From an uncultured Candidatus Saccharibacteria bacterium (lineage in GTDB: Bacteria > Patescibacteriota > Saccharimonadia > Saccharimonadales > Saccharimonadaceae), in contig CAMVFY010000001.1 in the NCBI GenBank assembly GCA_947166895.1, positions 7,522-71,521 of the forward strand: DNA of 64,000 nucleotides, written 5' to 3'. Positions 56,761 to 64,000 of this stretch are shown one piece after another; the first letter of the stretch is position 1, and each line of letters opens with the position of its first letter. Position numbers and translations under genes: made by a program. Below the pieces are notes generated by a model. It was not told the DNA's origin. It saw only the letters and a list, made by a program, of their open reading frames with translations, and made no database searches.

Positions 56761-57252
56761 ATGAGTTTTTCGATTCTAAAACAGATTGGTGATGCACAAA
56801 AAAAGAAAGCCGTTGTTGATGTGCGTTCTGGTGATACCGTGCGTGTAACCCAGAAAATTAAAGAAGGCGGTAAGTTTCGTTTGCAGACTTTTGAAGGCGT
56901 GGTGATTCGAGTCGATCGTAAAGAGTCTCATACGGCTCGGATTGTAGTGCGCAAGGTAACTTCAGGGGTGGGCGTAGAGAAGTCTTATTTGATCCACTCG
57001 CCACTAGTAGAAAAAATCGAGATTACCAAGCGTTCAAAGGTACGCCGTAATAATCTTTCGTATCTTCGTGAGCGTTCTGGTAAATCAGCAAGGCTTGCCG
57101 GTAAAGATTTTGACCGTGCAGCAGTGAATGACGTGACAGTTGAGGAAGAACCAGTTGACGATGTAGCACCAATTGCTGAGGCTGAGGCTAAGACTGAGGA
57201 GAAAGTTTCGGTTGAGGAAGCAGCTCCGGCTGAAGAAACTAAAGAAGCCTAA
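56761..57252 (+). CDS. rplS: 50S ribosomal protein L19
   Basis: GDTVRV...KEG.K.RLQTFEGVVI, VRKVTSGVGVE, KVRR..L.YLRER.GK. Confidence 0.97.
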   Translation: MSFSILKQIGDAQKKKAVVDVRSGDTVRVTQKIKEGGKFRLQTFEGVVIRVDRKESHTARIVVRKVTSGVGVEKSYLIHSPLVEKIEITKRSKVRRNNLSYLRERSGKSARLAGKDFDRAAVNDVTVEEEPVDDVAPIAEAEAKTEEKVSVEEAAPAEETKEA

Positions 57253-58199
57253 TGGCGATTCTCGGAATAGACGAAGTTGGACGCGGACCCCTAGCGGGTC
57301 CGCTTGTTGTGGGGGCAGTAATTCTCCCAGACGAAAAACCGGAATGGGTTTTGGAGCTAAAAGATTCAAAAAAATTGTCGGCAAAGAAACGCGAAGCTTT
57401 AAATGAAATAATTTTACATGAAGCGGTAGCGGGGCTTGGCTTCGTGATGGCGGAAGAGCTGGATGCAGTGGGGATTTCGGAGGCTTTGCGACTGGCGACG
57501 AGACGAGCTGTGAAGTCAGTTCAGGGACTTCACAGGGAATTTTTACAGATAGTAATTGATGGAAAAGTAAATTTTTTGAAGCAAACGGCGCTTGAAGGAT
57601 ATGTATCGACAGTGGTGAAGGGAGATAATTTGATTCGCGAGGTGTCAGCGGCTTCGATTGTGGCGAAGGTGGCACGGGATCATTATATGGTGGAGCTTGC
57701 GAGCCGATTCCCGAACTATGGTTTTGAGAAGAATGTAGGTTATGGTACGGCAAAGCATCTAGCAGCGATTTCTGAATTTGGGATTTGCGAGGAACATCGG
57801 AAGAGTTTTGAGCCGATTAAAAGTATGGTGGGATTTACTAGGCCGACAGACATGAAGAAAAATACGACTTTGGTTGGTAAGCAGGGTGAAGATGCGGTGG
57901 CAGAATATTTGATATCATTGGGGCATCGGATTGTGTCGCGAAATTTTAAGACACGGGGTTGCGAGATCGACATTATTTCCGTTAAAAATGATAAGATTTA
58001 TTTTACGGAAGTAAAATATCGTCATAATGGTGGCGGATTGATGGCGATTACGGAAACAAAGCGTCAACAAATGGGGTTTGCTGCGAATGTGTTTTTGAAA
58101 TACAATAAACAATTTAGTGAACTGAATCCACTTCTTGCGGTGGCGGAAGTAGTTGGGGATGATTTTGCGGTAAAAAATTGGTTTTCGCTTGGATTTTAG
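57252..58199 (+). CDS. rnhB: ribonuclease HII fused to YraN/UPF0102-like domain
   Basis: GIDEVGRGPLAGP, DSKKLS, SAASIVAKV.RD, GYGT..H, HRKSF; then GKQGEDAVAEYL...RNF...EIDII...FTEVKYR. Confidence 0.9.
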   Translation: MAILGIDEVGRGPLAGPLVVGAVILPDEKPEWVLELKDSKKLSAKKREALNEIILHEAVAGLGFVMAEELDAVGISEALRLATRRAVKSVQGLHREFLQIVIDGKVNFLKQTALEGYVSTVVKGDNLIREVSAASIVAKVARDHYMVELASRFPNYGFEKNVGYGTAKHLAAISEFGICEEHRKSFEPIKSMVGFTRPTDMKKNTTLVGKQGEDAVAEYLISLGHRIVSRNFKTRGCEIDIISVKNDKIYFTEVKYRHNGGGLMAITETKRQQMGFAANVFLKYNKQFSELNPLLAVAEVVGDDFAVKNWFSLGF

Positions 58200-58232
58200 A
58201 TTTTTTCAAGATTTTCGTGTATAATAAAGCTT

Positions 58233-59564
58233 ATGGAAAAGGGAGATAATGTTAAACAGCCGGAGAAAACTCCGGAAGAAGTAATTAAGGAAACTGTTGA
58301 GGAGATTCGAAGCGAGGATCGGAATGGGGTTCGCGAGGAGGAACCAAAGAAGAAAAGTCGAAAGGGTTTGTTTGCCGGAATTAGCGTTTCATTGGTGGTT
58401 TTGATAGCGACAATTGCTGCGGTGGTGACGATTGTAATGCAGCAAAAAAATGAGGAGCCAAATGGAAGTACGGTAGTGGTGGATGACGATGAAGAAGTGG
58501 GGGAGCAGGAGATGGATGTGCAGTTGGTAGCAGGAACGGTAACAACGACGATTGGTGGGCAGGCTTTGACCTATAATGCTGCTTACGTGGTAGATGGGGT
58601 TGAAGCTACGGTGTCGGCGGGCGAATATGCGTCGGCGAACGATAATGAAGTGGTGTTTTTGGTGATCAACGGTGGAAAGTTAACAATTGATGGTAATGTT
58701 GTGGTGAATAAGTCTGGAAGTGCGGATTTTCAGGGTAGGGGCGATAATTATAGTTTTTATGGGTTAAATTCGGCTATTGTGGTGGTTGGTGAAGGGTCTT
58801 CGGTTAATATTAACGGAGCGAGGATTAATACCGACGTGTCGGGAGCAAATGCGGTAGTGGCAACCAATGGCGGTGAAGTGACGATTTCGAATTCGAAGAT
58901 TACGACTTCGAAGGACAATTCGAGAGGGCTTCATGCTACTTATGCTGGTACGATTAACGCCGACAACGTTTCGATTGCGACTAAGGGCGGGTCGTGCGCT
59001 TCGCTTGCGACCGATAGAGGTGAGGGGACTATCGTGGCGAAAAAGATGACTCTAAATACTGAAGGTGCGGGTTCGCCGTTGATTTATTCGACCGGTTCGA
59101 TTACAGTGTCCACTGCAAATGGCGTGGCTAAGGGGGCGCAGATTGCGGTAGTGGAAGGAAAAAATTCGGTTACACTTTCTGACTGTGATTTTTCGGCTAA
59201 TGGGAATGGTAATCGTAATGAGGTTGATAATGCAGGGATTATGATTTACCAGTCGATGTCGGGGGATGCTGGAGAGGGGACAGGAACGTTTACGGCGGAA
59301 GACTGTAGTTTTGCGATTTTGGCGGATTCGAGCGTGTATTATACAACGCCAATGTTTTTCGTGACTAATACAGCGGCAACGATTAAGCTTACCGACGTGA
59401 AGGCGGACTTTTATGAGGATGGGTATTTTCTGCTGGCTAAAGGTACGGAAGAATGGGGTAAGTCTGGCAAGAATGGTGGTATTGTAACTTTGGAGACATC
59501 GGGGCTTGAGGCGACCAATGCAAGTATTGGCGTGGATGAAATTTCTTCGGTCGAAAGTCTTTAG
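58233..59564 (+). CDS. membrane-anchored beta-helix-like protein
   Basis: TM helix, then G/S/T/N/V-rich repetitive strands. Confidence 0.65.
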   Translation: MEKGDNVKQPEKTPEEVIKETVEEIRSEDRNGVREEEPKKKSRKGLFAGISVSLVVLIATIAAVVTIVMQQKNEEPNGSTVVVDDDEEVGEQEMDVQLVAGTVTTTIGGQALTYNAAYVVDGVEATVSAGEYASANDNEVVFLVINGGKLTIDGNVVVNKSGSADFQGRGDNYSFYGLNSAIVVVGEGSSVNINGARINTDVSGANAVVATNGGEVTISNSKITTSKDNSRGLHATYAGTINADNVSIATKGGSCASLATDRGEGTIVAKKMTLNTEGAGSPLIYSTGSITVSTANGVAKGAQIAVVEGKNSVTLSDCDFSANGNGNRNEVDNAGIMIYQSMSGDAGEGTGTFTAEDCSFAILADSSVYYTTPMFFVTNTAATIKLTDVKADFYEDGYFLLAKGTEEWGKSGKNGGIVTLETSGLEATNASIGVDEISSVESL

Positions 59565-59596
59565 ATCTAGGGTGCTTTAGCCGTGGGGCCGAGGTT

Positions 59597-60592
59597 CTAG
59601 ACGTTGAACTTGAATTCGACAACGTCGCCATCTTGCATAATGTAGGTCTTGCCCTCGGTGCGGAGTTTGCCGGCAGCTTTTACGGCCTGTTCTGAACCGA
59701 GAGCTTTGAGATCATCGTAATTGCAAATTTGGGCAGCAATGAAACCACGCTGAAAATCAGTATGAATGGTACCGGCGGCTTCGGGCGCGGTGGCACCTTT
59801 TTTGATGGTCCAGGCGCGACACTCTTTTTTGCCGGCGGTGAGGAAACTTTGTAAGCCGAGGGTGTCGTAGGCTGCCTTAATTAGTTCTTCCAGGGCATCA
59901 TGCTCGACGCCGTAGCTTTTTAAGAACTCTTTGCGTTCCTCGCGGTTCATGTCGGACATTTCTTCTTCGAGCTTGGCATTGACAAAAATACAATTAGCTG
60001 GAGCTACGAGTTTGTGTAGATTTGATTGCAAAGTTTCATCAGTGAGACCTTCTTCGTCGACGTTAAACATGTAGATGACGGGTTTGTCGGTGAGATAAGG
60101 GATGTTTTCGTCGGCTGGGTCTTTTTTACGTTTGGCTGCGATTTTTTCTCTGGTTTCTTCGTCGGCGAGCTGGAGTTCGAGATTGATGATATCGATGTCA
60201 TCTTTGGCTTGTTTGATGATGTCGTCTTCGGGTTTATTGTCGGCGCGAACGATGTCATTTGACTTGAAAGCGCGGACAACGTGACAGATAGCTTGGCATT
60301 CGCGGATGTGAGCAAGAAATTTATTGCCGAGACCTTCGCCTTTAGATGCGCCCGCTACCAGCCCAGCGATGTCGACAAATTCAACCGTAGCTGGGACGAT
60401 TTTGTCGGTTTCGTACATTTTGGCAAGGACGTCTAGGCGTTCGTCTGGAACCGGTACGATGCCGACGTTTGGTTCGATGGTCGCAAAAGGATAATTCGCG
60501 GCGAGTGCGCCAGCGTTTGTGAGGGCGTTAAATAATGTAGATTTGCCGACGTTTGGCAATCCTACGATTCCGATTTTTAAATTCATAACCAA
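59597..60592 (-). CDS. ychF: redox-regulated ATPase YchF (short form)
   Basis: GIVGLPNVGKSTLFNALT, NYPFATIEPN, DIAGLV.GAS.GEGLGNKFL, TGS domain, Y.MQDGDV..FKFNV. Confidence 0.96.
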   Translation of the reverse strand: MVMNLKIGIVGLPNVGKSTLFNALTNAGALAANYPFATIEPNVGIVPVPDERLDVLAKMYETDKIVPATVEFVDIAGLVAGASKGEGLGNKFLAHIRECQAICHVVRAFKSNDIVRADNKPEDDIIKQAKDDIDIINLELQLADEETREKIAAKRKKDPADENIPYLTDKPVIYMFNVDEEGLTDETLQSNLHKLVAPANCIFVNAKLEEEMSDMNREERKEFLKSYGVEHDALEELIKAAYDTLGLQSFLTAGKKECRAWTIKKGATAPEAAGTIHTDFQRGFIAAQICNYDDLKALGSEQAVKAAGKLRTEGKTYIMQDGDVVEFKFNV

Positions 60593-60703
60593 TCTTTCTA
60601 CCTGTTATTATAGATATATTATATCAAATTCGTCATTTAATGGTTATTGCAAAATCTGAGGAAATATTGTTATAATTACCTTAAGATAAAAAGGATAAGC
60701 GTA

Positions 60704-61213
60704 ATGGTAAAAAAGAAAAAGACTTCAACGAAAATTAAAAACTTCTTTATTGCGGCGGGGATGATTGCCTTACCGGTGGTGGTGGGGTTAATAGCATCGG
60801 CTTTAACTGGCGACGCAATGACTTCGTTTGGTGAATTAAATCAGCCACCACTAGCGCCGCCAGCTTGGCTATTCCCAGTGGCGTGGACTATATTGTATAT
60901 CTTGATGGGGGTGGCGTCGTATCTAATTTATCGGTTAAAACCGCGCACAAAAAAGGAAAAGATGCTACGGAAGGCCGAGCTTATAGTTTATTTTGTACAA
61001 CTTGTATTTAATTTCTTCTGGACATTATTCTTCTTTAAGTGGGAGTTTAGGTTTTTTGCGTTTGGGTGGCTAATTGTAATGTGGGCGATGATTCTCGCGC
61101 TCATTGTGATGGCGTTTAGGAACCAAAAAGCGGCGGCGTGGTGCTTGGTGCCGTACATATTATGGTGTACGTTTGCGGCATATTTAAATATCATGATTGC
61201 CGTGTTAAACTAA
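60704..61213 (+). CDS. TspO/MBR family protein
   Basis: LNQPPLAPPAWLFPVAWTILY.LMG, QLVFNFFWT, LVPYILWCTFA.YLN. Confidence 0.92.
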   Translation: MVKKKKTSTKIKNFFIAAGMIALPVVVGLIASALTGDAMTSFGELNQPPLAPPAWLFPVAWTILYILMGVASYLIYRLKPRTKKEKMLRKAELIVYFVQLVFNFFWTLFFFKWEFRFFAFGWLIVMWAMILALIVMAFRNQKAAAWCLVPYILWCTFAAYLNIMIAVLN

Positions 61214-61217
61214 AAGA

Positions 61218-61964
61218 GTGAGATTTCAAAATAAACTGAAGGTGCGGAGAATTTCAGTGATGGGGGTGGCACTGTTAGGGGTAATATTGTGGCTTGTTGT
61301 TAATCCGGCGAGCTATGAGGAAATCTTTACTAAGGTAGAAAATACTGGTGCAGAGGCAGGGCTAGACTATTCGGCTGAAGCGGTGACGGAGGCCGAGGCG
61401 GGTGCGAGGCTAGCCGTAGAGGTACTTGAAGAGCTAGAAGTGAAGGGACGAGCGCCCAAAACTGGATATAAGCGGGAAGAGTTTTATGGTGGTTGGCCAA
61501 CGGTAGATGGGTGCAATCTTCGGCAAAGGATTTTGAAGCGGGAGCTGGGGGACACGGCGGTGCTAGATGGATGCACGGTAGTGGCGGGGGAGTTTGATGA
61601 GCCGTACACAGGGCAGCATGTGGTGCTAAAAGATAAGATAGAGGTAGCAAAGATTCAGATTGACCATGTAGTGGCTTTGTCGGACGCATGGCAGAAGGGG
61701 GCGCGGTATCAAGATTACGAAACGCGGAACAAGCTCGCAACGGATCCTTTGAACTTACTGGCGGTGGATGGCAAAGCGAATCAAGGGAAATCGGATGGTG
61801 ATGCGGCAACGTGGCTACCGCCGAATAAGAAGTTTCGTTGTCAGTATGTGGCAAGACAAGTTTCGGTGAAATATAAATATGGGTTATGGGTAACTGAGGC
61901 GGAGAAGGAAGCAATTTCGCGAGTTTTACAGAATTGTCCAAATGAGCCGGCGGTTGGTGTATAA
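61218..61964 (+). CDS. exported HNH-type (DUF1524-like) nuclease-domain protein
   Basis: IQIDHVVALSDAW, DPLNLLAVDG.AN..K.D.DAATWLP; N-terminal TM helix. Confidence 0.8.
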   Translation: MRFQNKLKVRRISVMGVALLGVILWLVVNPASYEEIFTKVENTGAEAGLDYSAEAVTEAEAGARLAVEVLEELEVKGRAPKTGYKREEFYGGWPTVDGCNLRQRILKRELGDTAVLDGCTVVAGEFDEPYTGQHVVLKDKIEVAKIQIDHVVALSDAWQKGARYQDYETRNKLATDPLNLLAVDGKANQGKSDGDAATWLPPNKKFRCQYVARQVSVKYKYGLWVTEAEKEAISRVLQNCPNEPAVGV

Positions 61965-61989
61965 TATAGATAACTAAAGTGGAGATAAT

Positions 61990-62679
61990 ATGAAAAAATA
62001 TATCTGGAGTTTGTCAGTGGGGGTGATGGTTCTGATGATTGGGGCGTTTCTTTTGGGGAGATTTGCTTTCCCGGAGGGAGGTTTAGCTAAGCTACCGGCA
62101 CCGGAGTTAGCGGAAGGTGAGCGGGGACAACTTGGAATAGACAAAAACATCAACGAGGCGACAATAGATAATTATTTGAATCGACCAGATGCGGTGTATC
62201 GTGACGTGCGGATGCTGAAGGACCCGGGGAACTATGAAGCGATAGGTGGTGATTCGTATTTATCGGGGTTTGTGGATGGTTTTGAGGTGGTACCTTTGCC
62301 ATATATTGTGAATGTGACGGGTTTGCCGGAAGCGGTGGGAGATACTTATACTGGTAAAACGTTATTTACAAATGTTGACGGTAAATATGTAGCGAACTAT
62401 GAGGAATCAATGGACATTTTGGAATCATTATTTCCGAAAGATAAGGTGATATTCTTGATGTGCGGGGGCGGCGGATACTCTGGGATGCTTAAAAATATGT
62501 TGGTAGCGCTAGGCTGGGATGCGACGAAAATATACGATGTGGGTGGCTATTGGTTTTATGATGGGGATAATAAGGTAGAAGTAAAGCGGGAGCTTGCGGA
62601 TGGCACCGCAGTGTATGATTTTTATAAGGTGCCGTATCATGAGATTGATTTTGATAGCTTAACTAAGGCGAGCCGATGA
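61990..62679 (+). CDS. rhodanese-like exported protein
   Basis: YRDVR, IFLMCGGGGYS, IYDVGG. Confidence 0.55.
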   Translation: MKKYIWSLSVGVMVLMIGAFLLGRFAFPEGGLAKLPAPELAEGERGQLGIDKNINEATIDNYLNRPDAVYRDVRMLKDPGNYEAIGGDSYLSGFVDGFEVVPLPYIVNVTGLPEAVGDTYTGKTLFTNVDGKYVANYEESMDILESLFPKDKVIFLMCGGGGYSGMLKNMLVALGWDATKIYDVGGYWFYDGDNKVEVKRELADGTAVYDFYKVPYHEIDFDSLTKASR

Positions 62680-63179
62680 GCGAAGTGAAACATCCAAATG
62701 GTGGAGTGTTGGGACTGGTAGTAGCCTTGGTGGTGGTATTGATTGGTGGGGTGCTATTTGTGGGCGCGGTAAGCGGTTGGTTTGATGATCCAAAGGTGAC
62801 GCTGGATGCAGAATATTATTGCGAGGTGGATTGCGGCGAGCTTATGGAGATAGGCGCGACTTCGTATGATGATTTAATAGTGGCGAAGAAATCTTTTGTG
62901 GTATTTGTAGACCAAGGGGGCTGCACGACGGCGGACAGACTGAGGGGATTTGTGACCGAATACGCAAAGGAGACGGGGATCCGTATTTATCGGATGATGT
63001 TTGAGGAAATTAAAAAAACGTCATTATATGAGTCGGTAAAGTATTATCCTTCGGTGGCGGTGGTGGCGAAAGGTATGGTAGTAAGTTGGCTCCGGGCGGA
63101 TAGCGATGAGGATGCCGGGGCATATAATAGTTATGATGAATTAAAAGGGTGGTTGAGCGGGCGCTTAGAGCTTAGATAA
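62676..63179 (+). CDS. thioredoxin-like membrane-anchored protein
   Basis: FVVFVDQGGC, YYPS cis-Pro-like motif, N-terminal TM helix. Confidence 0.5.
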   Translation: MSEVKHPNGGVLGLVVALVVVLIGGVLFVGAVSGWFDDPKVTLDAEYYCEVDCGELMEIGATSYDDLIVAKKSFVVFVDQGGCTTADRLRGFVTEYAKETGIRIYRMMFEEIKKTSLYESVKYYPSVAVVAKGMVVSWLRADSDEDAGAYNSYDELKGWLSGRLELR

Positions 63180-63219
63180 AGATAAGATATGATAGGTTCC
63201 AAGAAAGGAACCTATTTTA

Positions 63220-64000
63220 ATGAAAAAAATTAATAAACAAATTGATGAATATTTAGGTTATTGCAAAGAGATAAGGGGGATGTCTCCAGTAACAATTTTG
63301 AATAAAAGGTATATTCTCGAAAATTTTGTGATGACAGTTGGGATACGAGATTTGCGGCAATTTACGAATGAAGTATTTGACGAATGGGTGATGAAAGCAG
63401 TGGAGCGTAAAGTTGGAGTAAGTTCGATCAACACTTATAGTGCTACGGTATTTGCGATGGTAAAATATCACAAAGAGATTGGTGTGAAGGTGCCGCTTAA
63501 AATAAACATAGTGAAAAAGAAAAAGGCGCAAAAAGTTCAGAGAAAATTTTACAGTACGTTTGAGGTGGAAAAAGCAATTGCGTTGGCGGACGACGAAACT
63601 GGGTTGATGATACGGATTATGTTTGAGACCGGCATGAGGATAGCTGAGCTTACGAGGTTGAGAATGGGAGATTTTGATAGTTACAGAATAAGATTTGTTG
63701 GTAAAGGGCAGAAGCTCAGGGAAGTATACATTAGTGAAAAGACGCTAGTGCTATTGCGAAAATTCGTGGAGGAGGTTGGAGCTTGTGATTATCTGTGGGG
63801 AGCAAGATCGATCGATGGGCGACCGCCAACTGTTAATACGGTGCGAAATAGGATGGGGAAGGTATTTGATGCGGCTGGATACAAGGGATTTTACCCTCAT
63901 GCTTTAAGACATTCGTTTGCGACGAATCTACAGATTCGCGGAGCTTCGATGTCAGAGATAAAGGAAATGATGGGGCATGAGTCTATCGCAACGACAGAGC
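63220..64000 (+). CDS. tyrosine recombinase/integrase (XerC/D-like), runs off the window end
   Basis: Own translation from ATG 63220: MFETGMRIAEL, VGKGQKLR, YPHALRHSFAT, MMGHESIATT. Confidence 0.92.
   Translation, partial: MKKINKQIDEYLGYCKEIRGMSPVTILNKRYILENFVMTVGIRDLRQFTNEVFDEWVMKAVERKVGVSSINTYSATVFAMVKYHKEIGVKVPLKINIVKKKKAQKVQRKFYSTFEVEKAIALADDETGLMIRIMFETGMRIAELTRLRMGDFDSYRIRFVGKGQKLREVYISEKTLVLLRKFVEEVGACDYLWGARSIDGRPPTVNTVRNRMGKVFDAAGYKGFYPHALRHSFATNLQIRGASMSEIKEMMGHESIATTE

Noticed and set aside
57085-57753. This and other long minus-strand ORFs opposite housekeeping genes (e.g. 25503-26291, 29269-29823, 61330-61941)
   Set aside because: Antisense shadows of well-supported plus-strand genes, with no motifs or start signals
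1-64000. Alternative genetic code (TGA as Gly, as in Gracilibacteria/Absconditabacteria)
   Set aside because: Conserved genes are full length under code 11, and some, such as tpiA, end in TGA at the expected position

Overview
Chromosomal segment that looks like Candidatus Saccharibacteria (TM7/CPR). This is inferred from gene content: class I aldolase, eukaryote-type PMM, VirB6-like membrane protein, minimal TsaB, standard genetic code, and many leaderless genes. Housekeeping genes (adk, hrcA-grpE, rplY, tpiA, tRNA-His, tRNA-Gly, folD, murB, recA-recX, truB, rpsO, pnp, tsaB/tsaE, radA, ruvC, ruvA, rplS, rnhB, ychF) are interleaved with many secreted or surface proteins. The main discovery is a complete diversity-generating retroelement (DGR) lying between two intact, separately promoted halves of lepA (EF-4), split at the G-domain/domain II linker. 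Its parts are a FISUMP-type target (31977-33545), VR (33353-33570), a downstream hairpin, an unusually long Avd-like gene with a possible MutS-I-like N-terminus, and an RT. The TR (35626-35843) lies on the OPPOSITE strand, abutting the RT stop codon. By hand alignment TR and VR differ at 22 of 218 positions, all TR adenines. A second system is a family of GC-rich palindromic elements with locus-specific inverted arms, found in-frame inside murB, recX and truB and intergenically before pnp and ruvA. Also present: 14-16 bp palindromic bidirectional promoters, a cassette-like island behind a duplicated tRNA-Gly 3' end, a 553-bp identical block shared by two giant paralogs, a candidate sRNA, and an SLH/LRR gene. 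All alignments and counts were done by eye; no database search was run.
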